Shown: positions 12,572 to 25,376 of the stretch, piece after piece | Numbering within the stretch: position 1 is the stretch's first letter | Layout: every line of letters starts with the position of its first letter | NCBI GenBank assembly: GCA_049319825.1 | Contig: JBMORT010000006.1 | Location: 299,641 to 363,640 of the forward strand | From: Patescibacteria group bacterium | Lineage (GTDB): Bacteria > Patescibacteriota > Patescibacteriia > UBA11705 > DATKZF01 | Direction: 5' to 3' | DNA length: 64,000 bases | Notes under the pieces: model-generated | Database searches by the model: none | Seen by the model: the letters and a program-made list of their open reading frames with translations, nothing else | What the model was told of the DNA's origin: nothing | Position numbers and translations under genes: made by a program

Positions 12572-12735
12572 AGTTTTCGGTCATAAATCATGAATCATTG
12601 ATCATGGAGCAACTTTTTATTTATTTTGTTGTCCCACGAGGTGATGCATGACTTGTTAATAATTATTTTTTATAATCGTAACATTATTGTATAATAAAAT
12701 AACGATAATGTCAAAAATGATTAATCATATTGATT

Positions 12736-13896
12736 ATGAAAACAAACAAACTCGTAATGTCGCTGGCCGGTGCCTTATTTATGGCTTTTTTGTGCTTGCC
12801 GGCGATTGCCGCCGCGCAGCCGATGGCCGGAGAGAGCATCACCGTCGGCGCGGATGAGGTGATCGAAGAAAATTTTTTCGCCGCGGGCCAGAACGTTGAG
12901 CTCGCCGGACATTTTACAAAAGATGTTTATGTCTGGGGAAACGTCGTTAACATTTCTGGAAAAGTTGACGGTGACGTGATTGTCGGCGGCTCCTATGTCC
13001 GGATTTCCGGAGATGTTGCCGGCAATGTCAGAGCCGCGGGCAGCAATGTGGAAATTGGAGCCAAGGTCGGAAAAAATTGTACTTTGGCCGGAGCGTCTTT
13101 AATGATCAATGAGAACGCGTCCATCGGTTGGGACTTGCTCGCCGCCGGCGGTTTGGTCAGCCTCAATGGACCGGTGGCCGGTGATGTCGGCATTGCCGGC
13201 GGGGATATTCGGATCAACGCGCCGATCGGCGGTAAGCTGAACGTCAAGGTTGATCGGGAAGGAAAATTCACGCTCGGTAAAAACAGTTCGGTGGGCAAAG
13301 ATGTCAATTATTGGTGGCATAATGATTTGATGAAAGAAGACGGTGCGGTGGTTAACGGCAATATTAATAAAATTTTACCCGCATACGAAAAGCAATCCGG
13401 CCATAAGCAGTCGTCGGCCATCACAGGCTATGTGGGCATGAAGCTTTTTTCGTTTGCCGCTCTGCTGGTTATCGGTCTGTTGCTGGTGGCGCTGTTCGGG
13501 AAATTTTTTCAAAAAGTCATTGGGCGCAATTTGGATAAATTCGGCGTCAGTCTGGGGATCGGATTTTTAATATTGATCGTCGTACCGATCGCCTTTATTA
13601 TCTTGATGATAACGATAATCGGCATTCCGCTGGCCTTGGTGTCGCTGGCGGTGTATGTCGTTTTACTGTACCTGGCGAAGGTGTTTGCCAGCGTGTCTGT
13701 CGGCACCTTTGTCTTAAGCAAGTTGATGAAAGGCAAAAAGCCCGATCGCTATTTGGCGTTTCTGATCGGTTTGGTGATATTGTCTTTGATCGGATTAATT
13801 CCGCTTGTGGGTGGATTGATCTGGCTGGTATTTTCTCTGGCCGCGCTCGGCGCGTTCGTCCACGTGATTTGGGAAAGTCAAAAATCCACCAAATAA
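12736..13896 (+). CDS. Membrane protein with bactofilin-like beta-helix repeats and about 5 C-terminal TM helices
   Basis: Signal peptide; repeated GxVxGD/NV..AG units; hydrophobic C-terminus. Confidence 0.75.
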   Translation: MKTNKLVMSLAGALFMAFLCLPAIAAAQPMAGESITVGADEVIEENFFAAGQNVELAGHFTKDVYVWGNVVNISGKVDGDVIVGGSYVRISGDVAGNVRAAGSNVEIGAKVGKNCTLAGASLMINENASIGWDLLAAGGLVSLNGPVAGDVGIAGGDIRINAPIGGKLNVKVDREGKFTLGKNSSVGKDVNYWWHNDLMKEDGAVVNGNINKILPAYEKQSGHKQSSAITGYVGMKLFSFAALLVIGLLLVALFGKFFQKVIGRNLDKFGVSLGIGFLILIVVPIAFIILMITIIGIPLALVSLAVYVVLLYLAKVFASVSVGTFVLSKLMKGKKPDRYLAFLIGLVILSLIGLIPLVGGLIWLVFSLAALGAFVHVIWESQKSTK

Positions 13897-14011
13897 TTTT
13901 GATAAAGAAGACGCTCGGTTTATATTGCCGGCGTTTTCTTGTTTTAAAGACCGGAATGCGTTAATATAATTTATAGTTGCTGTGTCTATTTAGTCATTAT
14001 TCGTCAACAAT

Positions 14012-15358
14012 ATGTTTCCATCGGAGATTTTTAAAGCATACGATATTCGCGGCACTTATCCCGATCAAATCAATAAGGATTTTGCTTATAATTTGGGGCG
14101 GGCCGCCGCCCAATTTTATCGGGTAACCAAAGCAATCGTCGGTGCCGATAATCGTTTGTCGAGCCCGGAACTCAAAGCCGCGGTTATCAGCGGCCTGGTG
14201 GACAGCGGCGTGGAAGTGATTGATATCGGTTTGGCGTCCACTCCGCTATTTAATTTTTCCGTCATTTACGATGATTATGTCGAGCTGGGGATAATGGTTA
14301 CCGCTTCTCACAATCCTAAAGAATGGAATGGATTCAAGTTTTTGGATCGGGAAGGCATGCCGGTGGGACTGGATTTCGGATTGGCTCAGATCAGGGATTT
14401 GATGCTGGCGAATGATTTTGCGGTTGTTGATGATAAAGGCCAGGTTGAAGCAAAAGATTATAAACAAGAATATTTGGGAAAAATATTTTCTTTGGTTGAT
14501 GTTATGTCAATCAAACCGCTGAAAGTGGTGGTCGATACGGCCAATGCCATGGGCGCGCTGCTGATCGATCAAGTTTTTGAAAAATTGCCTGTCCGCGTCG
14601 AATATCTTAATAAAGAATTGGATGGCAATTATCCAAACCACGAGGCTAATCCGCTTAAATCGGAAACACTGCTGGCTCTGCAGGCTAGAGTGCTGGAGGC
14701 TGAAGCTGATCTGGGCGTGGCTTTCGACGGCGATGCGGATAGGATAGGTTTTGTCGATGACCAAGGCCGGCCGATCGCCGGCGACATCACCGCGGCCATA
14801 TTGGCCCCGGAAATATTGCGCCAGCATCCGCGGGAAAAAGTTATTTACGACTTGCGTTCCAGCTGGGCCGTTTCCGAGCAAATTCAATTGGCCGGCGGCC
14901 TTCCGATCAGATATCGGGTCGGCCGGACTTTAATTATCAAGAAAATGGTCGAAGAGCGCGCCGCCTTCGCGGGCGAGTTGTCGGGGCATTTTTATTACCG
15001 TGATTTTTTCAATATCGAATCAGCCGATTTAACTTTGCTGTATCTGCTCGAGTTGTTATCGAAAAAAGGCGTGAAATTATCGGGAATTGTCGGCGATGTA
15101 GATAAATATTTTCGGTCAGGCGAAATTAATTTTGAAGTTAAAGATAAAGACGCGGTTTTAAAAAGTCTAAAAGAAAAATATTCAGCCAACGCCAAAGACG
15201 TTTCCGAGCTTGACGGCATCAGAATTGAATTCGACGACTGGTGGTTCAATGTCAGACCGTCGAACACGGAGCCGGTGATCAGGCTGAATTTGGAAGCTAA
15301 GAGTGTAGAAGTGATGAAAGAGAAGACAAAAGAGATTGAGAATTTAATTAAATCTTAA
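14012..15358 (+). CDS. manB: Phosphomannomutase/phosphoglucomutase
   Basis: FKAYDIRG, TASHNP, FDGDADR, GELSGH, RPSNTEP. Confidence 0.93.
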   Translation: MFPSEIFKAYDIRGTYPDQINKDFAYNLGRAAAQFYRVTKAIVGADNRLSSPELKAAVISGLVDSGVEVIDIGLASTPLFNFSVIYDDYVELGIMVTASHNPKEWNGFKFLDREGMPVGLDFGLAQIRDLMLANDFAVVDDKGQVEAKDYKQEYLGKIFSLVDVMSIKPLKVVVDTANAMGALLIDQVFEKLPVRVEYLNKELDGNYPNHEANPLKSETLLALQARVLEAEADLGVAFDGDADRIGFVDDQGRPIAGDITAAILAPEILRQHPREKVIYDLRSSWAVSEQIQLAGGLPIRYRVGRTLIIKKMVEERAAFAGELSGHFYYRDFFNIESADLTLLYLLELLSKKGVKLSGIVGDVDKYFRSGEINFEVKDKDAVLKSLKEKYSANAKDVSELDGIRIEFDDWWFNVRPSNTEPVIRLNLEAKSVEVMKEKTKEIENLIKS

Positions 15359-15503
15359 GAGCAAGACAAGCAAGAAAGCAAGACGAGTGAAACAAGTAAA
15401 ATATTTGAGTACTTGTCTCGCTTGTCTGCCGGCCGTAGCTCCGAATAAAGTGAGTAACGAAGGCTGGTCGCACTTGTTTAACTTGTCTCGCTTGTCGCAC
15501 TTA
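15359..15503. repeat. Facing arrays of GCGACAAGT-type nonamers with a nested insert
   Basis: Left: caagacaagcaag..gaaacaagt. Right: acttgtctcgcttgtc..acttgtctcgcttgtcgcactt. Same family at 42349-42427 and 51007-51092. Confidence 0.75.
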
Positions 15504-15507
15504 TTTT

Positions 15508-16398
15508 ATGATCGGCGTCTTCGATTCAGGGCTGGGAGGTCTAACCGTATTGAAAGAATTCATCCGTGAATTGCCGGATTATGATTATATTTATCTCGGT
15601 GATACCGCGCGGGTGCCTTACGGGAATCGCTCAGCAGCAACAGTCTATGAATTTTCCAGACAAGCTTGTGATTATCTTTTCGGTCAGGGCTGCGAGGTGA
15701 TAATCATTGCCTGTAATACCGCTTCCGGTTTGGCTTTGCGAAAACTGCAGCAAGATTATTTGCCAGCGAAAAATTCTGACACTAAAAGGATACTCGGAGT
15801 AATTCGCCCGGTGGCAGAATTTTTCGCTGGAAAAAATTATAAAAAAATAGGCGTTATCGGCACCCGCGGCACCATTGCTTCTGGTGTTTATAAAAAAGAA
15901 TTGGAAAAGATAAGTGCGTTAAAAGTTAAATACGTTAAATACGTTAAAGACGTTAAATGCATTAAAAACAGTAAAGACATTAAAAATGATAAAATAATAT
16001 TGCCTCAGATTTTCGGGCAAGCGACTCCGCTTTTAGTGCCGTTGATTGAAGAGAATTGGATCAATCGTCCCGAGACGATGAAGATTTTACGCAATTATTT
16101 GCGGCCATTTAAATCACCGCGAATTCAAGCATTGATTCTCGGCTGTACTCATTATCCATTGCTGATCAAACAAATCCGGCAGGTAATGGGCAAGCAAGTT
16201 GAAGTGCCCAATCCGGCGGCAATCGTGGCAGCGTCTTTTACTGATTATCTAAAGCGGCATCCTGAAATCGAAATCAAATTAAGCAAAAATAAACAAAGAA
16301 AATATTTGGTGACCGATCTGACTGAGAATTTTGAGCAGCTGGCGGAGAGGTTTTTAAATCAAAAATTGAAGTTACAAATTACAAATATTTATAAATAA
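15508..16398 (+). CDS. murI: Glutamate racemase
   Basis: IGVFDSGLGGL, PYG, IACNTAS, LGCTHYP. Confidence 0.96.
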   Translation: MIGVFDSGLGGLTVLKEFIRELPDYDYIYLGDTARVPYGNRSAATVYEFSRQACDYLFGQGCEVIIIACNTASGLALRKLQQDYLPAKNSDTKRILGVIRPVAEFFAGKNYKKIGVIGTRGTIASGVYKKELEKISALKVKYVKYVKDVKCIKNSKDIKNDKIILPQIFGQATPLLVPLIEENWINRPETMKILRNYLRPFKSPRIQALILGCTHYPLLIKQIRQVMGKQVEVPNPAAIVAASFTDYLKRHPEIEIKLSKNKQRKYLVTDLTENFEQLAERFLNQKLKLQITNIYK

Positions 16399-16728
16399 TA
16401 CCCTTCGGCTGCGTCCTGAACCCCGGCCTTCGCTCGCATCAGCCGGGAATCGCAGATTCCTCTCGGCGCTTTGTCAGGGCTTCGGCCGGCAGCGGCTTAA
16501 ACAATCAACAATCAATTTCATGATTAAGCGATTTAAAATATTATTTTTAATACTTTGCATACAAAACACTGTCAAAGTTATATTTATTTTCAGCGACATA
16601 AAAAACCATTTTTCATTTTTGACATTATGCGATTCACGGCATTCAAAAAAATTACTATTATGATCCCATAATTTCTAACCTCAATGTTCATTGCCTAATT
16701 TCTAATTTCATATTTATAATTTTAAAAT

Positions 16729-17844
16729 ATGCTTTTAACCGCAATCGTTTTCATCATTCTGCTATCAGTCTTGGTGCTTGTGCACGAATTTGGACACTTT
16801 TACACGGCCAGAAAGCTCGGAGTCAAGGTCGAGGAATTCGGCATCGGCTTTCCGCCAAAAGCGCTGGGCATCAAAAGTAAAAAAACGGGCATCACTTATT
16901 CGATAAATTGGCTGCCGCTCGGTGGATTCGTGAAAATAAAAGGCGAGGACGGCGAGCATCGCGATGATCAAGACAGTTTTTCTCATCAAAAAATTTGGAA
17001 AAGAATCGTCATCATTTCCGCCGGAGTATTTATGAATTTCGTTTTGGCCTGCGTGCTGCTGGGTATCGCCTTTACGATCGGCGCGCCGGCGGTTATCGAT
17101 GATGGCCTGGATAACGCCAGAATCAAAGATCAAAAGGTTCAGATTTACGAGGTGCTGGAAAATTCGCCGGCGAAAGAAGTGGGTTTGAAGGCCGGGGACG
17201 CGGTGATTCGAGTGGACAACGTCGAGGTCACGCAGCCGGCTGATTTATCAGATTACGTCAAGACTAAAGACAATCAAGAAGTGAAGCTGATCGTTAAGAG
17301 GCTGAATGAGGAAATGGAGTTCGTCGCCACCCCTCAGTTCATTGATGAATTGCAAGCGGCCGGACTGGGCGTGAGCGTGGTTAAGACGGGCATTGTTTCG
17401 TATCCTTGGTATAAATCGATCTGGCTCGGCGTCAAAACCGGCGTGTTGATGACCGGTTCGATCATCAAGGGATTTGGTATTGTCATAAAAAATTTAGTGA
17501 CGACCGGAAAAGCGGGGTTTGAAGTGGCCGGTCCGGTGGGTATCGCCGTTTTGACCGGACAAATGACCAAGCTGGGCATCAATTATCTGATAAATTTCGC
17601 CGCGATTTTATCTTTGAATTTAATGATAATCAATTTTTTGCCCTTTCCGGCGCTTGACGGCGGCAGAGTGCTGTTTTTAATAATCGAAAAATTACGCGGC
17701 AAACCCATTAAGCCGAAAATCGAGAATTTGATACACACCATCGGCTTTGCGCTGCTGATTTTATTGGTTATAATTGTAACAGGCAGGGATATTTTTAAAT
17801 TCAAAGATATTTTTGGGAATATTTGGGATAAAATAGTGTCTTAA
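16729..17844 (+). CDS. rseP: RIP metalloprotease RseP
   Basis: HEFGH, PLGGFVKI, PDZ domain, NFLPFPALDGG. Confidence 0.95.
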   Translation: MLLTAIVFIILLSVLVLVHEFGHFYTARKLGVKVEEFGIGFPPKALGIKSKKTGITYSINWLPLGGFVKIKGEDGEHRDDQDSFSHQKIWKRIVIISAGVFMNFVLACVLLGIAFTIGAPAVIDDGLDNARIKDQKVQIYEVLENSPAKEVGLKAGDAVIRVDNVEVTQPADLSDYVKTKDNQEVKLIVKRLNEEMEFVATPQFIDELQAAGLGVSVVKTGIVSYPWYKSIWLGVKTGVLMTGSIIKGFGIVIKNLVTTGKAGFEVAGPVGIAVLTGQMTKLGINYLINFAAILSLNLMIINFLPFPALDGGRVLFLIIEKLRGKPIKPKIENLIHTIGFALLILLVIIVTGRDIFKFKDIFGNIWDKIVS

Positions 17845-17847
17845 ATA

Positions 17848-18001
17848 AGAAGGGGGAGAATGGAAAATAGGAGGTAGATGTGAAAGATGGGAAGAAGAAC
17901 AAGATGAGCGAAAAGGGTAATATCAATATCCGATATACGATTTCTTCGCGATTTTCTCTCTCCTCTCCCCCTTCTACCTCATCTAACTCTTCTATCCCTT
18001 C
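17848..18001. repeat. Facing purine-rich / pyrimidine-rich degenerate arrays (empty element)
   Basis: A/G-rich 17848-17920 followed by C/T-rich 17941-18001; same layout as the flanks of the four-helix gene at 35034. Confidence 0.55.
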
Positions 18002-18010
18002 TAAAATCAT

Positions 18011-18814
18011 ATGGCCGAAGCGGCATTAAAATTTAGCGAGCTTCCCGAGGCTGTGGCCAAGAAAGAAAAACAAAAGATTGAACACGGATTGGCTTTAAGC
18101 GACGACGAGGTCAGGGAAGTTGAATTTGCCATCGAAAATCTCGATCGTCTGCTGAACAGATGGCCGGACACGGGCAAGGGGCGATCCAAATACACGACTG
18201 AATGGGTCAGTCCGATTTTTGTTGAGATCGAAGAACTGAATAATTTGCTTAATGATCCAATGATCAAATACGGATATCAATATTTAAAATCCGAATGGGA
18301 AGCGGACGCCAAGGACAATCTGTATTATCAGCCGGAACGGGGCAGGGAGGTGGAGGAATTCGTCCGCGAGGCGATCAGTGAAGCGAAAAGCTGGTTGGAA
18401 TATAACGAATTGAATAAAGACATCGACTCGCTTGACGCGGTATTGAATTGGCCGGAAAAGCCGGAAGTTTGGCTTTCGGAATCGGATTATAATCAGTTGT
18501 CTGATGCGCAATTGATCGAAAATAAAAAAAATCGGCTGAGAAATAATTGGGCGGGAATCGTTTTGGGCTACGCGCAGATCATGGCTGAATATTTGCCGCG
18601 TGATAAAAAACGAATTGAAGAGGAAATTGACAAATTACTCAAAGAATATAAAAAAGAAAAATATCAAGCCAAAAAGACCGATCCAAAAGATATTAAACAA
18701 GAGAAACTGAAAAATAAAAGAGAATTGATCGCTCAGGTCGAGCGCTTGGTTGAAGACGTGCTTTTAAAAATAGAAGATTTAAAGCGGCCGGGCAAGCTGC
18801 GGGAGGCGGCGTAA
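18011..18814 (+). CDS. Hypothetical charged helical protein
   Basis: 267-aa ORF rich in E/K; no recognised motif. Confidence 0.65.
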   Translation: MAEAALKFSELPEAVAKKEKQKIEHGLALSDDEVREVEFAIENLDRLLNRWPDTGKGRSKYTTEWVSPIFVEIEELNNLLNDPMIKYGYQYLKSEWEADAKDNLYYQPERGREVEEFVREAISEAKSWLEYNELNKDIDSLDAVLNWPEKPEVWLSESDYNQLSDAQLIENKKNRLRNNWAGIVLGYAQIMAEYLPRDKKRIEEEIDKLLKEYKKEKYQAKKTDPKDIKQEKLKNKRELIAQVERLVEDVLLKIEDLKRPGKLREAA

Positions 18815-18825
18815 TGGATGACGGA

Positions 18826-19190
18826 AATTTCTAATATCTAATATCTAATTTCTAAATAATTTCTAATGAACAATGTCTAATGAAACAATTGAATCATTGG
18901 TCATTAGTTATCGGTCATGAATTAGAAATTAGAGCAATCCCGAAGTGACCCGTTCAGGGTTAAAAATTAGAAATTCGTTTATCGCCCCCTCGACTTCGCT
19001 CGGGGCAGGCTTTCGCCTTTCAACAATCAACCACGAGCCGAAGGCTTCCCTTCGGGAAAGTGGCCACTTGGTGGCAATTAACAATTAACCTCATAACCTC
19101 TTAACCTCGTAACGTCGTAACCTCATAACATCTTAACCATTTTTCCTTTTAACGCCTTTAACGTATTTAACGCTTTTAATGTATTTAACA
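18826..19190. repeat. Composite repeat cluster (TCTAATA arrays, CCCTCGAC..GCTCGGGG palindrome, 33-bp dispersed insert, AACCTCAT and TTTAACG arrays)
   Basis: Read directly; at least five distinct repeat types upstream of gap. Confidence 0.75.
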
Positions 19191-19198
19191 CATACACT

Positions 19199-20203
19199 AT
19201 GCCTATAAAACTTGCCATCAACGGCTTTGGCCGAATCGGCCGGGCCGCGCTCAAATGCGCTTTAGAAAATAAAAAAATAAAAGTTGTCGCCATCAATGAC
19301 CTGGTTGATCCTAAAAATTTGGCTTACTTATTGCGATACGATACGGTTTACGGCCGCTACGATCGTCAAGTCCTGGCCGGGAAAGACCATTTGCAGATCG
19401 ATGATGTTAAAGTCCGGGCGTTTGCCGAAAAGGATCCGCAAAATCTGCCATGGAAAAAGCTGGGAGTCGATGTCGTTTTGGAATGCACCGGATTTTTCAC
19501 TGACAGCGAAGGCGCGCGCAAACATATTAAAGCCGGCGCCAAGCGGGTGATCATTTCCGCGCCGACCAAGTCTGAGGATTTGAATACATTCGTTGCCGGA
19601 GCCAATGAAAACAAGCTTTCAAAAAAAGATATTGTCCTGTCGAACGCTTCCTGCACCACCAATTGCGTGTCACCGGTTTTGGCCGTGCTCGAATCAAAGT
19701 TCGGCATTCAAAAAGCATTGATGAGCACGATTCATGCTTACACGGCCACGCAAAAATTGGTTGACGGCCCGGATCCCAAAGATCCGCGCCGCGGCCGGGC
19801 GGCAGCGCTCAATATCGTGCCGACGACCACCGGCGCGGCAGATGCGGTGGTGAAGACTTTACCGAGCTTAAAGGATAAATTTGACGGCATTTCAGTCAGA
19901 GTGCCGGTCGCTTGCGGCTCGCTTTCTGATTTTACATTGGTGTTAAAAAAGAAAGTATCGGCCGAGCAGGTCAATAAAGCTTTTATCGACGCGTCGAAAA
20001 CATTCCGCTATAAAGAAGTTTTGGGCGTATCCAAAGAACCGTTGGTTTCTTCGGACATTATCGGCACGACCCATTCAGCCATCGTTGATTTGGGATTCAC
20101 GCAAGTGGTTGACGGCGATTTGGTGAAGGTCCTGGCGTGGTATGATAATGAATACGCGTACAGCTATCATTTGGTGAAGATGGCGGAGATGTTGATTCAA
20201 TAA
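19199..20203 (+). CDS. gap: Glyceraldehyde-3-phosphate dehydrogenase type I
   Basis: INGFGRIGR, SNASCTTNC, WYDNE. Confidence 0.98.
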   Translation: MPIKLAINGFGRIGRAALKCALENKKIKVVAINDLVDPKNLAYLLRYDTVYGRYDRQVLAGKDHLQIDDVKVRAFAEKDPQNLPWKKLGVDVVLECTGFFTDSEGARKHIKAGAKRVIISAPTKSEDLNTFVAGANENKLSKKDIVLSNASCTTNCVSPVLAVLESKFGIQKALMSTIHAYTATQKLVDGPDPKDPRRGRAAALNIVPTTTGAADAVVKTLPSLKDKFDGISVRVPVACGSLSDFTLVLKKKVSAEQVNKAFIDASKTFRYKEVLGVSKEPLVSSDIIGTTHSAIVDLGFTQVVDGDLVKVLAWYDNEYAYSYHLVKMAEMLIQ

Positions 20204-20386
20204 GATTAAAAGTCAAAAGTTAAAAGGCAAAAGTCAAAAGTTGAATCGATAAGTTAAAAAGTTAAAAGCGAAAATCAGCAGAAAGCCCTGACCTGAATCG
20301 AATTTTATTCTGGTTCAGGCTTGCCTTTCTGCTTGCGAAAAATGTCCTATTTTAAAGTTTGAAAGTTTTGTCCGCGTGGTTTTTTT

Positions 20387-20887
20387 ATGAAAAAGAATGT
20401 TTTTCAGATATTTATCGTCGCCATTATTATCATTTTAATCGGTGTTTTGATATCTTTCAGCCAGAAAAGAAAGCCCCAGTTTGAATTAGTGAAAAGCGAA
20501 GCAAAACAGATACTGAAACTGATAGATCGGGCGGGCGATCTGGCGCTGGAAGCGGAAAAGGCCGCGCCAAATCCGCTGGCTTACGGAATATTTTTTAATT
20601 TTGACAGAGCAATATTATTCGCCGATAAAAATGAAAACAAAATTTTTGATGACGAAATCATTTCTGAATATCAGCTGAAAGAAAATATCAGATTGAATCA
20701 AGCGAAAATCGTTTATTATATCCCGCATAAAAAAGACATTGAATTTTGCGATCAATCCGGCCAATGCCACGGCGACCTTCATCCGACAGTCGGAATCGCG
20801 GACATAAAAACCGGCCGAGCCATGGAATTTCGCTTCGAGCAAAAGACGGGGAAGGTGGAATTAAGGGAGGTAGTCGATTCGTATTAA
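20387..20887 (+). CDS. Hypothetical protein with N-terminal TM helix (minor pilin-like character)
   Basis: 166-aa ORF; hydrophobic N-terminus, YGIFF and FADKNEN segments. Confidence 0.55.
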   Translation: MKKNVFQIFIVAIIIILIGVLISFSQKRKPQFELVKSEAKQILKLIDRAGDLALEAEKAAPNPLAYGIFFNFDRAILFADKNENKIFDDEIISEYQLKENIRLNQAKIVYYIPHKKDIEFCDQSGQCHGDLHPTVGIADIKTGRAMEFRFEQKTGKVELREVVDSY

Positions 20888-20895
20888 AGCTCCTT

Positions 20896-23322
<2,427 letters not shown>

Positions 23323-23487
23323 ATCAAATAGCAAAGCTCGCCCCGAGCAACGTCGAGGGGATTAAATGGCAAAGCAACCTCTCGACTACGCTCGAGGCAG
23401 GAAGAATAAAGAGCAAATATTTTTGTTTTTTTGTTTTAAACTTATTTCTATTGCTTTTCTCTTTGCTCTTTTATCTTTGATCTAAAT

Positions 23488-23512
23488 AAAAAACCGCCAA
23501 AGTGTTTGGCGG
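23488..23512 (-). terminator. Intrinsic terminator
   Basis: CCGCCAAA-cac-TTTGGCGG plus T-run on the minus strand, just after the stop at 23522. Confidence 0.75.
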
Positions 23513-23521
23513 GATTGAAAT

Positions 23522-25015
23522 TCATGGGAATTGAAGCTCGAGTTCGAGCTCAATACTAGAATTTTGGTATTCTTCGTTCCAATCGAATTCGGTCACCGAA
23601 GTGACCGCGTCTCCGATGTGGCCGGGCAATCCGGCTTGGTAGTAGTCTCGAAAGACGTGGAAGGGCAGCAGCTTGATCCTTTCGGCGCTGGTGCCCGGAT
23701 ACAGCAGTTCAAGTAGCGACGCGGGCATAACCGGCCTGACTGTCAGGCCTTCGCTGACCACGTAGAGCGTGTCTTCTTCGACCACGCCGGTGACGTACAC
23801 CCCGGGTCGAAAGAGCACCACTCCGCCGATGAGGAATGTGTTGAAGACCTCATCCGGCAGCTGATAGACTTGATTGCACGCATCATGATACGTCGCTTCA
23901 GGCAGACCGCTTTCGTCCAGCGGCGCGTACCACGAGTCGAGCACGCTGGAGACGGGGAAGACATACAGTCTGCCGTTTGACGCCGCGTAATACACTCGGC
24001 TCATCCAGCTGTTTTTTACCAGCATGCCCGCTTGCGGCTCGTCTGTCTCGCGGAACGTGCCGCAGCAGCCTTGATAGCCGTAAAGATAGCTATTATCGGG
24101 CGACATCACGATCTCGCAGTATTCGGCATGCGTCGGCTGGCATTCTTCGTCAATTCGGCCGTCGCAGTTGTCGTCGAAATCGTTGCCGCAGATCTCTTCT
24201 GCTCCGGCCGACGTCCAGCTTTCGGGAAAATCTCCGCCACTGCAGGCGTACTCGGAGTTTTCGCTCGGAGCGCAGACGATCACGCCCGGATTGGCGCAGG
24301 TTCCGTCTTCGTTAAACCCGACGCATTCTTCATAAAGCCGGTCAAAGCCCTCGTCGGTCTCGCAGTCGCAGTCGTCATCGAGGTAGTTGCAGATTTCCTC
24401 TGACGGTTCATAGCCGTCCGCGCACAGGCCGCACAGAGGCGGCTGGCAGTCTTCGTCAATTTCGCCGTCGCAGTCACTGTCAATGCCATCGCAGTCGTCA
24501 GGCAATTGCCAACGGTAAGGAGTCGAATATCGGGAAGTGAAATCTGCCGAAGAGCAGGTCAAAGGTTCGTATGGAGCATTTCCACAAATAATTTCACCCA
24601 AATCAGTGCAATGTCCCAGCAAGTACTTGCCGCGAAGATCCACATAGCCGCGGCAAGGCTGTCCGAGCCATTCCTGCCAGTCCTCATCGGTCTGACAATC
24701 GCAGTCGTCATCGAGTCCGTTGCAGGTCTCTTTGGCCGCTTCGTGTCCTTGGGCGCAGATGCCGCACCCCGGATCGGGCCGCGAAGCCTCATCAGCCGCG
24801 CTGTCTCCGGGAATCAAATCGTCAGTGAATGTTCCCCGATCGGTCTGGCCGGCATCGCGGTCAGGCAGAATATTTCCATTTCCCGAAGCAGGGTAAAGAT
24901 AGATGATTTCCGGAACACCTTGCTCGAGCCTGGGTCCGGGCCTGTTTTCGGTGATTACGCAGCTGATTGTCAAAATCAGAAATACGAAAATGAACATGGC
25001 GATGATTTTCTTCAT
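23522..25015 (-). CDS. Predicted lipoprotein with MopE-type Cys/Asp metal-binding repeats and a CPR-type C-terminal domain
   Basis: MKKII..LTISC lipobox-like; ExCNGLDDDCDCxTDE repeats; GMLVKN..VYYAASNGRLYVFP..SWY..RPG domain. Confidence 0.8.
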   Translation of the reverse strand: MKKIIAMFIFVFLILTISCVITENRPGPRLEQGVPEIIYLYPASGNGNILPDRDAGQTDRGTFTDDLIPGDSAADEASRPDPGCGICAQGHEAAKETCNGLDDDCDCQTDEDWQEWLGQPCRGYVDLRGKYLLGHCTDLGEIICGNAPYEPLTCSSADFTSRYSTPYRWQLPDDCDGIDSDCDGEIDEDCQPPLCGLCADGYEPSEEICNYLDDDCDCETDEGFDRLYEECVGFNEDGTCANPGVIVCAPSENSEYACSGGDFPESWTSAGAEEICGNDFDDNCDGRIDEECQPTHAEYCEIVMSPDNSYLYGYQGCCGTFRETDEPQAGMLVKNSWMSRVYYAASNGRLYVFPVSSVLDSWYAPLDESGLPEATYHDACNQVYQLPDEVFNTFLIGGVVLFRPGVYVTGVVEEDTLYVVSEGLTVRPVMPASLLELLYPGTSAERIKLLPFHVFRDYYQAGLPGHIGDAVTSVTEFDWNEEYQNSSIELELELQFP

Positions 25016-25109
25016 CGGCGGTTGCTCCTTTTGTGAAAGAACCGTTAAAGAATCCTGATTTGTGCGAGATCAAATCGTGAATCTTCAGCGGTCATTTCAG
25101 GAATAATAA

Positions 25110-25138
25110 ACATTAACAGAAATTTAATATTTTGTCAA
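25110..25138 (-). promoter_or_regulatory. Sigma70-like promoter for the 25015 gene
   Basis: TTGACA-17-TAATGT on the minus strand. Confidence 0.55.
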
Positions 25139-25279
25139 TTTTCTGTTTGACATTCTCTACTTATATTATACCAAAAAATTGTGAATTATATGAATAGTGG
25201 CTGAAAATATTAAGGATTTATCAGATGAATTATAGAATAATAAATGTTTTTTCAGAATTTGTGTCAATATTATAGAATT

Positions 25280-25313
25280 AAAAAACCTACCTAGTTGTTA
25301 ACCGGGTAGGTTT
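25280..25313 (-). terminator. Intrinsic terminator closing the 31434-25377 operon
   Basis: AAACCTACCCGGTT-aac-AACTAGGTAGGTTTTTT. Confidence 0.7.
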
Positions 25314-25376
25314 CTCCTTTTTGAAAGGGATTTGCCGCAGAAATTGCGGCTGGGAAGGAGTTACTGGGGGCGGAAA

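Noticed and set aside
16400-16500. GC-rich structured stretches (also 48022-48208) as tRNA or known ncRNA
   Set aside because: No T-loop/D-loop or recognisable family motif; they resolve into nested palindromic repeats.
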